64,000 nt of DNA, from contig JAISKZ010000010.1 of assembly GCA_031260725.1 (NCBI GenBank), forward strand, positions 7,012 to 71,011, given 5' to 3'. The notes below the pieces were generated by a model. It worked only from the letters and a program-made list of their open reading frames with translations, did not search any database and was not told where the DNA came from. Each line of letters starts with the position of its first letter. Positions within the stretch are counted from its first letter, which is position 1. The DNA is from Desulfovibrio sp. GTDB taxonomy: Bacteria; Desulfobacterota; Desulfovibrionia; Desulfovibrionales; Desulfovibrionaceae. Below are positions 15,397 through 23,131 of the stretch, in pieces. The position numbers and the translations under genes were made by a program.

Positions 15397-15575
15397 GATT
15401 CATTCCTTGTCGTTTTGCATCTCCCGCCGTTTTCAGATGTGGATAAAAACAGCAGTACAATTGATTTCAACGGAAAGCCGGCCTTTCGCCGATAAGGTCT
15501 TCGGGCTTCCCGCCGCATGCAGGACGGCTCGTTGTACAAGATTCATTATATATAAATCAAAGAACCTGAAGCGGG

Positions 15576-15998
15576 TTATGTTATATCAATGCCCATGCTG
15601 CGTGCGGTACCTACAATGGATTTAACCGCAGTTTCCAGAGAAGCGGCATTGAGGTCAGGCAATTTCATGCGCGCAATTTCTTCTGCCTGGGCGAGGGAAA
15701 TTGCTCCCATCTTATTTCTGTTGGGTTCTCCAGAACCTTTTTCAACTTTGGCGGCCTTCATAATCAAGACCGCTGCAGGTGGTGTTTTGGTAATGAACGA
15801 GAAGGAACGGTCAGCGTAGACTGTAATGACCACAGGGAGTATCATCCCTTTTTGGTCTTGTGTACGGGCATTGAATTCTTTGCAAAAACCCATAATATTC
15901 AAACCGTGCTGACCAAGCGCCGGGCCCACGGGAGGAGAGGGATTCGCCGCGCCGGCGGGTATTTGCAATTTGATTCTGGCAACTTCTTTTTTGGCCAT
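15576..15998 (-). CDS. rplK: 50S ribosomal protein L11
   Basis: [18 protein letters not shown]. Confidence 0.99.
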   Translation of the reverse strand: MAKKEVARIKLQIPAGAANPSPPVGPALGQHGLNIMGFCKEFNARTQDQKGMILPVVITVYADRSFSFITKTPPAAVLIMKAAKVEKGSGEPNRNKMGAISLAQAEEIARMKLPDLNAASLETAVKSIVGTARSMGIDIT

Positions 15999-16064
15999 TT
16001 GCGTTATCCTTCATCGCTGTATGCGGTGTGAGCACACCAAAGGCGTACCCCGCGGGGCAATCGT

Positions 16065-16637
16065 TTACCCTTTTGAAACCTGCACAAAATCCAGTTCCAC
16101 CGGCGTCTGACGGCCGAAAATGGAAACAGAAACACGCAGTTTTCCCTTGTCGTAGTTAACATCTTCCACCATGCCGTTGAAGCCTCCAAACGGCCCATCA
16201 ATAATGCGAACTTCGTCGCCTCTGTCAAAATTAAACTTGGGCCGCGGCGTTTCTTGCCGCGTTTCCATCAGCGCCAGAATACGCTCAGCCTCAACGTCGC
16301 GCATGGGAGTTGGGCGATTTTTGCCGCCAACAAAACCTGTCACCTTGGGGATGGATTGCACCAGGTGCCAAGAGAGATCTGTCATAATCATCCGCACCAT
16401 GATATATCCGGGATATATCTTACTCGTTGTTGTGCGTTTTTCACCGCCTTTGGAAAGTTCAATCACCTTTTCAGTAGGGACAACTATTTCCTGGATAAGA
16501 CCCTGATCCTGACCTGTGCGAATCATTTCACTAATGGTTTTTTGCACCCGCTGCTCAAAACCTGAGTAGGTGTGCACAATGTACCAACGCGATTTTTGGT
16601 CCAGATCTGAATTTTCATCAATGACGGAATCTTTCAT
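16065..16637 (-). CDS. nusG: Transcription termination/antitermination factor NusG
   Basis: WYIVHTYSGFE NGN domain and C-terminal KOW (GPFGGFNG..VSIFGRQTPVEL). Confidence 0.99.
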   Translation of the reverse strand: MKDSVIDENSDLDQKSRWYIVHTYSGFEQRVQKTISEMIRTGQDQGLIQEIVVPTEKVIELSKGGEKRTTTSKIYPGYIMVRMIMTDLSWHLVQSIPKVTGFVGGKNRPTPMRDVEAERILALMETRQETPRPKFNFDRGDEVRIIDGPFGGFNGMVEDVNYDKGKLRVSVSIFGRQTPVELDFVQVSKG

Positions 16638-16646
16638 AACAGCCTT

Positions 16647-16886
16647 TTAAGACAGGATGAATTTGATCAGAGCTGACAAACCAAGATCAGCCAACCCGAG
16701 AATGACGGCCATCACAGCTACAAAGCCCAATACAGCCAGAGTGGCTTTTCGCGTCTCGGGCAATGTGGGCCAAGTGACTTTGCGCAATTCAGCCTTTGCA
16801 TCCTCCGCATAGCGCGCAAAACGCATAACAGGATTCAAGGCATTATCCGATTTAAGTTCCGTGGGTTGATCCTGTTTTTTTGTCAT
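16647..16886 (-). CDS. secE: Preprotein translocase subunit SecE
   Basis: ELRKVTWP motif plus one TM helix; lies between tRNA-Trp and nusG. Confidence 0.95.
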   Translation of the reverse strand: MTKKQDQPTELKSDNALNPVMRFARYAEDAKAELRKVTWPTLPETRKATLAVLGFVAVMAVILGLADLGLSALIKFILS

Positions 16887-16906
16887 GGCGCCGCCAAGTA
16901 ATTAAA

Positions 16907-16983
16907 TGGCAGGGCAGGAGGGATTCGAACCCCCAACTTGCGGTTTTGGAGACCGCCGCTCTAACCGTTGGAGCTACTGCCCT
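16907..16983 (-). tRNA. tRNA-Trp (CCA)
   Basis: Cloverleaf: acceptor AGGGCAG/CTGCCCT, anticodon arm GCGGT-CTCCAAA-ACCGC, GGTTCGAATCC, encoded CCA. Confidence 0.96.
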
Positions 16984-17024
16984 GCACTGTCGTTCGAGGG
17001 CATAGTGCCCCTTGAACGGAGAAG

Positions 17025-17174
17025 TTATCTGGTTTCACGATGCAACGTATGTTTTTTGTCCCAAGGGCAGTATTTTTTCAATTCAAGACGCCCTGTGGTA
17101 TTTTTTTTGTTTTTACGGGTGCTGTAGTTGTGTCGTTTGCACTCTGTGCAGGCCAAAATAATGTTTACTCGCAT
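17025..17174 (-). CDS. rpmG: 50S ribosomal protein L33 (49 aa; absent from the ORF track)
   Basis: Hand translation [49 protein letters not shown]; lies between tuf and tRNA-Trp. Confidence 0.97.
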   Translation of the reverse strand: MRVNIILACTECKRHNYSTRKNKKNTTGRLELKKYCPWDKKHTLHRETR

Positions 17175-17180
17175 ACGTTA

Positions 17181-18374
17181 TCACTCAATGATTTCAGTAA
17201 CGACACCGGAACCCACAGTGCGCCCGCCCTCACGTATGGCGAAACGCAGACCACCTTCCATGGCGATGGGGGCGATGAGTTCGACAATGAACTGCGAATT
17301 GTCGCCGGGCATCACCATTTCCACGCCTTCAGGTAAATTGATGACGCCTGTGACGTCCGTTGTGCGGAAGTAGAATTGCGGACGGTAGCCGGAGAAGAAC
17401 GGTGTATGACGTCCCCCTTCTTCTTTGGAGAGCACATACACTTCCGCTTTGAATTTTTTGTGCGGGGTAATGGATTTCGGTGCGGCCAGAACCTGGCCGC
17501 GTTCCACATCATCACGTTTTGTGCCGCGCAAAAGAGCACCGATATTGTCGCCGGCCTGCCCCTGAGCAAGGAGCTTGCGAAACATTTCAACACCTGTGCA
17601 GGTGGTTTTCTGGGTTGGCTTGATGCCCACAATTTCGACTTCATCACCCACCTTCAGAACGCCGCGTTCCACACGACCTGTCACCACTGTGCCGCGACCG
17701 GAAATAGAAAAGACGTCTTCAATGGGCATGAGGAAGGGTTTGTCAATATCGCGCTGCGGTTCAGGAATAAAATCATCGCACGCCTGCAGAAGATCTCCAA
17801 TGCATTTTGCTTCCGGCGTATTGGGGTCGTCGCATTCGAGGGCCTTCAGCGCTGAGCCGCGGATAATGGGCACATCGTTGCCGGGGAAATTATAAGCAGA
17901 CAGCTTCTCGCGGACTTCCAATTCCACAAGTTCCAGCAGTTCTTCGTCGTCAACAAGATCGCATTTGTTCAGAAAGACCACAAGATGGGGAACGCCAACC
18001 TGACGAGCCAGCAGAATATGCTCGTTGGTCTGCGGCATGGGACCGTCGGTGGCGGCCACAACAAGAATGCCGCCGTCCATTTGTGCGGCGCCGGTGATCA
18101 TATTTTTGATGTAGTCGGCGTGACCGGGGCAGTCCACATGCGCGTAATGCCGTTTTGCCGTTTCATATTCCACATGCATTGTGGCGATGGTAATGCCGCG
18201 CTCCCTTTCTTCGGGGGCCTTGTCAATTTCATCAAAAGAAATGAATTTGCCTTGACCCTTAAGAGCGGCAATCTTGGTGATGGCTGCGGTCAGGGTTGTT
18301 TTCCCGTGGTCAATATGACCGATAGTGCCGATGTTGACATGAGGCTTTTTGCGTTCATATTTTTCCTTGCCCAT
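17181..18374 (-). CDS. tuf: Elongation factor Tu
   Basis: [21 protein letters not shown]; 397 aa. Confidence 0.99.
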   Translation of the reverse strand: MGKEKYERKKPHVNIGTIGHIDHGKTTLTAAITKIAALKGQGKFISFDEIDKAPEERERGITIATMHVEYETAKRHYAHVDCPGHADYIKNMITGAAQMDGGILVVAATDGPMPQTNEHILLARQVGVPHLVVFLNKCDLVDDEELLELVELEVREKLSAYNFPGNDVPIIRGSALKALECDDPNTPEAKCIGDLLQACDDFIPEPQRDIDKPFLMPIEDVFSISGRGTVVTGRVERGVLKVGDEVEIVGIKPTQKTTCTGVEMFRKLLAQGQAGDNIGALLRGTKRDDVERGQVLAAPKSITPHKKFKAEVYVLSKEEGGRHTPFFSGYRPQFYFRTTDVTGVINLPEGVEMVMPGDNSQFIVELIAPIAMEGGLRFAIREGGRTVGSGVVTEIIE

Positions 18375-18585
18375 TTGTCCGTCTCCCTAAGAAAAAAGTT
18401 TGTGGGGTTTCTTGCCTCGCATTTCCGGGCTCCCACGCTGTCGGCGGGGCCTGTTCCTCGCACAAGATTCATGGTGCGACTAAGCCCCCCGTCAAACGGG
18501 TGTCGCCGTTGCCTGCACTGACTCCCTGATGGCAGGGAATACATATGGGGCCGAGGCAAATTGGAAAAGGCAGTAATTGCGGGTG

Positions 18586-18661
18586 TGGAGCGGGAAACGG
18601 GATTCGAACCCGCAACCCTCAGCTTGGAAGGCTGATGCTCTAGCCGTTGAGCTATTCCCGC
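18586..18661 (-). tRNA. tRNA-Gly (TCC)
   Basis: Acceptor GCGGGAA/TTCCCGC, anticodon arm TCAGC-CTTCCAA-GCTGA, encoded CCA. Confidence 0.96.
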
Positions 18662-18811
18662 ATGCCGACGATGCTGTCGCTGTGCGTCAGGCATCCAAGC
18701 CTGACGGCTACACCGCACCGTAGTTCTCCGACAGTTACGCTGTCTCCTACAGCCAAGGCAGTTTATTCAATCTCCACGTAACATCTCATGAAAAGCCGCA
18801 GACGAAAATGG

Positions 18812-18897
18812 TGGTGGAGGGGGGTGGATTTGAACCACCGAAGTCGTACGACGACAGATTTACAGTCTGTTCCCTTTGGCCACTCGGGAACCCCTCC
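18812..18897 (-). tRNA. tRNA-Tyr (GTA)
   Basis: Acceptor GGAGGGG/CCCCTCC, anticodon arm ACAGA-CTGTAAA-TCTGT, long variable arm, encoded CCA. Confidence 0.96.
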
Positions 18898-19142
18898 ACA
18901 ATATCCCAAAGTTCAAGTCGTCACATCGTGTTCCCGATCAGCGTCCCACTCGCAGGGTCGTGACTGGAAAATATTTATAATCCCGGAAAAATTTTTGTAA
19001 ATATTCTCATTTAAGGAACATGTCAAAATAGGTGTCTATAATTTTACCAGATTTCCGTCAAGCCTTGCCGAAAAATTATTTTTTTAGTTGCAAAGCTTTT
19101 GCAGAGTTTGCGCGGGGCAGACAGACGGCAGCATATGGATTC

Positions 19143-20039
19143 CTATGAATTTTTCGCTTTCTGCCTGATTTTCTGCGAAGGTATGTTCTTTGATTCGTTG
19201 CCGACATCCGCGAGACTGTTTTTGGTTTTCTTCCGTTCGACGGTCGCGGTTTTTGACTTGGAGGGTTTACTTTTTGCATCGGCGTTGGCTGATGCGGATT
19301 TTTTAGACGCCGCCACAGAAGAACGATTGCCTTTTTCCGCCTTCTTGCCGGACTTGTCATTCGCGGCAAGCTGTGTTGCTTTGCCGGGCTTGCCAGACTT
19401 GTCGTTGCGCCGGGTTTTGACGTCGCGTTTTTTATTGAAGGTCGTCAAGTCTCGCAGGGCTTTTTCTTCTGCGTAATCGTTGAGGCGGTTTTCCGCCTGT
19501 GCCACAAGGTTTTCATTGCCGTTAAAGCTGACGCGCCGCGCACCAAGAAAACTTTTGCTGAAATAAGGGTCGTCAAGCGAAGTGATGCGCACTGTTGTGC
19601 GGCGATGTGGGCTGTGTATAAATTTGCCGTCACCCACATAAATGCCGGTATGGTAACCGCGGCGCGGATGGCGGAAGGCGACGATATCACCGGCGCGCAT
19701 ATCTTCAATCTTCCCAATTTGCCGACCTATGCCGGATTGTTCCCTGGCTGTACGGGGCAAAGCCACCCCTACGCTTTTGTAGGCCCAGCTGACAAAGCCC
19801 GAGCAGTCAAAACCACCTGGGGTGGTACCACCGCGCACATAGGGCACACCGATAGCCGACTGCGCTTTGCGCAACAGACGAAGACTGGCCTGAGACTGTT
19901 TTTTGTCGAAGGCGGCTTCATAAGAATGGTGGAATTGCGCGTTGCGCACGTCTGCCTGCTGAGAACCCTGTTTTGCCGCACAGCCGAAAATGAAGCTCAC
20001 CCACATCAACAGTGCGCACATTCTCAGGTGTTTTACCAT
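19143..20039 (-). CDS. NlpC/P60 family cell-wall peptidase, lipoprotein, with Lys/Ser-rich tail
   Basis: Lipobox IFGC, GFDCSG catalytic Cys, YHTGIY His; low-complexity basic C-terminus. Confidence 0.9.
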   Translation of the reverse strand: MVKHLRMCALLMWVSFIFGCAAKQGSQQADVRNAQFHHSYEAAFDKKQSQASLRLLRKAQSAIGVPYVRGGTTPGGFDCSGFVSWAYKSVGVALPRTAREQSGIGRQIGKIEDMRAGDIVAFRHPRRGYHTGIYVGDGKFIHSPHRRTTVRITSLDDPYFSKSFLGARRVSFNGNENLVAQAENRLNDYAEEKALRDLTTFNKKRDVKTRRNDKSGKPGKATQLAANDKSGKKAEKGNRSSVAASKKSASANADAKSKPSKSKTATVERKKTKNSLADVGNESKNIPSQKIRQKAKNS

Positions 20040-20132
20040 CCGTACTCCTGTTTCTTGCGCCCCTAACCAAGCGCTGCACTGAAACCCGGAGCAACGGCAA
20101 ACATAGTTTTACTCCGGCTGTCTTTCAGGTTC

Positions 20133-20286
20133 TTAATCCGGCAATGTGTCCAGCATGTCATCGACGGTGCGGATGATTTTTGTGTTGGCCTTAAAGCTGC
20201 GCCGTGCGAAGTCATCCTTCATACCTACGGAATAGGCATTCAGTGCGCCTGCGCGCCTGGCTCAGGCTTTCGGTAACGCCGTTCAT
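20133..20286 (-). pseudogene. Collapsed remnant of a flagellar basal-body rod/hook-family gene
   Basis: ATG 20286 MNGVTESLS, frameshift, then ALNAYSVGM (rod N-terminal-like) joined directly to ARRSFKANTKIIRTVDDMLDTL* (Flg_bbr_C-like). Confidence 0.65.
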
Positions 20287-20367
20287 TTCCGTGAGCCAAA
20301 TTAGCACAAACAGTTTTCAGGCGCAAACAGTTTTTCAACGGTCGGCACGATATCTATATCTTGGAGT

Positions 20368-21180
20368 TTATGGTGATTCGCCGTGCGTTTGCCCTGCGGC
20401 GGCGCGATTGACGCTACGTTCTATACGGGCGAAGGCATTGTGGCTGTGGATGGACTCCATGCTCTCCACTTCCACGCTGAACCACTCCACGTGCTCATGT
20501 GCGGAAAGCCGTTGCGCCACATTACGCACGACATCTTCCACAAATGCCGGGTGAGCGAAGGCGTGCTCGGTGACGAATTTCTCGTCTTCGCGTTTGAGCA
20601 GGGTATACACGGCTGAAGAGCCGGATTCTTCAGCCATTTCAATAAATTCTTCCAGCCAGGAAAAAACGGCCATGCGCACGTTCATACGCACAATGGCGCG
20701 TTGGCTGTGCGCACCATCACGGCTGATTGCCTTTGAGCAGGGGCAGACCGTCATCACTGGCACATCCATTTCCAGCAGAAAGGACTGTCCGTTTTCATCC
20801 AGTTCGCCTGTTAGGCGGCATTCGTACGGCACAGAACTTTTGCTGCCTGAGGCGGGGGCAGTCTTGCGGATGAAATAGGGAAAGCAAAAACGCGCATAGG
20901 CTCGTTGCGCGCCCAGACGGTTTTTAATGTTTTCCAGCAATCGGCGCACAGACTGATAGTTTATTTCATCGTCCCACGCGTTCAACGCCTCCACAAAGCG
21001 GCTCATATGGGTACCCTTGAAGGCCAAAGGTAGGTCAACGCCCAGGTCCACCAAAGCCACTGTCCGTTGCGTGCCCTTTGAGCGGTCGCGCACGAGAAGC
21101 GGCAGCTTGAGATCGCGTATGCCTGCCCTGTCAATATTCAGGGGGACGGCGGGGCTGTAATTTTGCACGTCTTCCATCAC
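20368..21180 (-). CDS. folE2: GTP cyclohydrolase I type 2
   Basis: [36 protein letters not shown]. Confidence 0.95.
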   Translation of the reverse strand: MMEDVQNYSPAVPLNIDRAGIRDLKLPLLVRDRSKGTQRTVALVDLGVDLPLAFKGTHMSRFVEALNAWDDEINYQSVRRLLENIKNRLGAQRAYARFCFPYFIRKTAPASGSKSSVPYECRLTGELDENGQSFLLEMDVPVMTVCPCSKAISRDGAHSQRAIVRMNVRMAVFSWLEEFIEMAEESGSSAVYTLLKREDEKFVTEHAFAHPAFVEDVVRNVAQRLSAHEHVEWFSVEVESMESIHSHNAFARIERSVNRAAAGQTHGESP

Positions 21181-21596
21181 GCCAGATCCTGTCCTGTCGT
21201 GGTTAGAGTGAATGTGCCGTGTTTGACGCCCTTGCAGGAGATCAGCCTGTCGGCAAGCACGCGCACACGTGCGCCTTGCCCTTTGATTACAAGAACTTCA
21301 AGACAGTTGTGATGGTCAAGGTGCACGTGCAGTGTAGTTACAATAATATCATGGTCGCCGTGCTGAATGTCCATAAGCCGCCGTGCAAGGTCGTTCTTGT
21401 GGTGGTCATATACAAGCGTCAGTGTGCCGGCCTGTTCGCCCTGGGCATCCCGCCAGGTTTCTTCTACCAGAGCCTTTCGGATCAGATCCCGTATAGCCTC
21501 AGAGCGGTTTGAGTAGCTTTTGCGGCGGCAAAGCCCGTCGAACGGCTCCAGCAGAGCTTCATCCAGCGAAACGCCAAAACGCGCCAGTTTGCCCAT
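21177..21596 (-). CDS. nikR: Nickel-responsive transcriptional regulator
   Basis: RHH start [36 protein letters not shown]; start set at ATG 21596. Confidence 0.95.
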   Translation of the reverse strand: MGKLARFGVSLDEALLEPFDGLCRRKSYSNRSEAIRDLIRKALVEETWRDAQGEQAGTLTLVYDHHKNDLARRLMDIQHGDHDIIVTTLHVHLDHHNCLEVLVIKGQGARVRVLADRLISCKGVKHGTFTLTTTGQDLA

Positions 21597-21770
21597 AGCT
21601 TTTACCCGTTGTGAAATAAGTCGTCCCATGCTGAAATTATCGAAAGAATAACCAAATGTGCCTGTTCTGTACAGGAAAATTGAGACGGGCGCGTCAGTGT
21701 GACTCATCGCGCATTGTCACTTCGCCGGGCTTCTGTTATGGTGGAGCATTGCAGAATTGCTGGAGCACGC

Positions 21771-22259
21771 ATGGGGCAGGATATCTTTGATCTGAGTATT
21801 GTTCTTGTTCTGATTTTTTTTGCCGGGCGGGGTTTTGTGCGGGGTTTTGTGGGAGAACTGGCCGGTCTTGTTTCTCTTGTGGGCGGCTTTTGCGCCGCGC
21901 GCACGTGGCACCCCTTGCTAGCCCCGCGCCTTACGGCCATCAGTGACCCTGCTTGGCGGGTTATTGCCGCGTATGTGCTTATTTTTCTGGGTGTTATTCT
22001 TCTTGTGGCTTTGTTGGCCCGAGTGCTGCAAAAAATTCTTACATTTTCCTTTGTTGCTTGGGCGGACAAATTGGCGGGAGGGCTTACCGGACTAGCCAAA
22101 GGCGTTTTGCTGTGTGCGCTGGCGCTGCTTGCGCTGCAAAAATTTTTCTACAACGAACCCTTTATGCAGCAATCGCGCGTGCTGCCCTATTTTAACGCGC
22201 TGATGGAACAGACGCGGGGCTGGTTGTCTCAGGACATGCCTGCCCGACTTGGCATTTAA
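21771..22259 (+). CDS. cvpA: CvpA family membrane protein
   Basis: RGFVRGFVGEL..., DKLAGGLTGLAKG; four hydrophobic segments; ATG 21771 preceded by GGAG. Confidence 0.88.
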   Translation: MGQDIFDLSIVLVLIFFAGRGFVRGFVGELAGLVSLVGGFCAARTWHPLLAPRLTAISDPAWRVIAAYVLIFLGVILLVALLARVLQKILTFSFVAWADKLAGGLTGLAKGVLLCALALLALQKFFYNEPFMQQSRVLPYFNALMEQTRGWLSQDMPARLGI

Positions 22260-22326
22260 CGGATCTGACTCCGTGACGCCTGGAACCGGCCCTGATTCAT
22301 CAATGTTTATTAAGCGTGGTGGAAGT

Positions 22327-23124
22327 ATGGAAAACGCCTTGGAAGAACTTCTGGCAGTTATTGACAAGCTGACCGGACCTGACGGTTGTCCTTGGGACAG
22401 GGAGCAAACGCCGGAAAGTCTGGCGGATTATATTATTGAAGAAAGCCATGAACTTGTCAGTGCCATCCGCTCCGGCGACCTCGCCGATATTTGTGAAGAA
22501 ATGGGGGATGTGGCGTTTTTACTACTTTTTGTCAGCCGATTGTATGAAAAACGGCGGGCATTCAGTTTTGGCGACGCGTTAAACGGTGGCAGGAAAAAGA
22601 TGCTGCGCCGCCATCCGCATGTTTTCAGCGACACGGTTTTCAACGATCCCAACGAACAGATGAAAGCCTGGGAACAGATCAAAAGAGCGGAACAGGCTGA
22701 CGCAGGCAGACAGCAGGGGATTTTCGCCAGCCTGCCGGACTCTCTGCCAGCTCTGATCAAAGCCTATCGTATTCACTCCAAAGCCGCGTGTGTCGGTTTT
22801 ACTTGGGGAAACGATGCAGATGTGGAACAGCAGGTGGAGGCTGAATGGCTGGAATGGCTTGACGCCGCCACAAATGGTGACGGGAGTGACCGCATGCGTG
22901 AATTGGGCGACCTGCTTTTCATTATTATTGAGATGGGCCGTCGCAAGGGCATCAAAGCCAATGAAGCACTGGATCTGGCGGTGAGGCGTTTTTTGCGACG
23001 GTTCGCTTTTATGGAGAAAAAAGCCAGCGAGCGCAGTCAGGATTTTGCGACTCTGACGCTGGAGGAAAAAGACGCCCTGTGGAATATGGCCAAGGCAGAG
23101 GAAGTCTCTGCCCCACAAGCGTGA
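22327..23124 (+). CDS. mazG: Nucleoside triphosphate pyrophosphohydrolase MazG
   Basis: GCPWDREQT, IEESHEL, EEMGDV, RRHPHVF; second domain ELGDLLF. Confidence 0.93.
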   Translation: MENALEELLAVIDKLTGPDGCPWDREQTPESLADYIIEESHELVSAIRSGDLADICEEMGDVAFLLLFVSRLYEKRRAFSFGDALNGGRKKMLRRHPHVFSDTVFNDPNEQMKAWEQIKRAEQADAGRQQGIFASLPDSLPALIKAYRIHSKAACVGFTWGNDADVEQQVEAEWLEWLDAATNGDGSDRMRELGDLLFIIIEMGRRKGIKANEALDLAVRRFLRRFAFMEKKASERSQDFATLTLEEKDALWNMAKAEEVSAPQA

Positions 23125-23131
23125 CGGAGCC

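Noticed and set aside
16991-17018. Hairpin between rpmG and tRNA-Trp as a terminator
   Set aside because: Imperfect stem with no U-tract; more likely a tRNA-processing spacer.
18375-18585. Intact tRNA-Thr upstream of tuf
   Set aside because: No T-arm (GTTC) or anticodon arm could be built; only the structured spacer is reported.
19046-19061. Promoter for the tRNA-Tyr/tuf operon (TTGACG)
   Set aside because: No convincing -10 at 16-18 nt spacing.
20341-20370. Sigma28-like promoter for the flagellar remnant (TAAA or CAAG ... GCCGAC)
   Set aside because: Spacing does not fit the TAAA-N15-GCCGATAA pattern; too weak to call.
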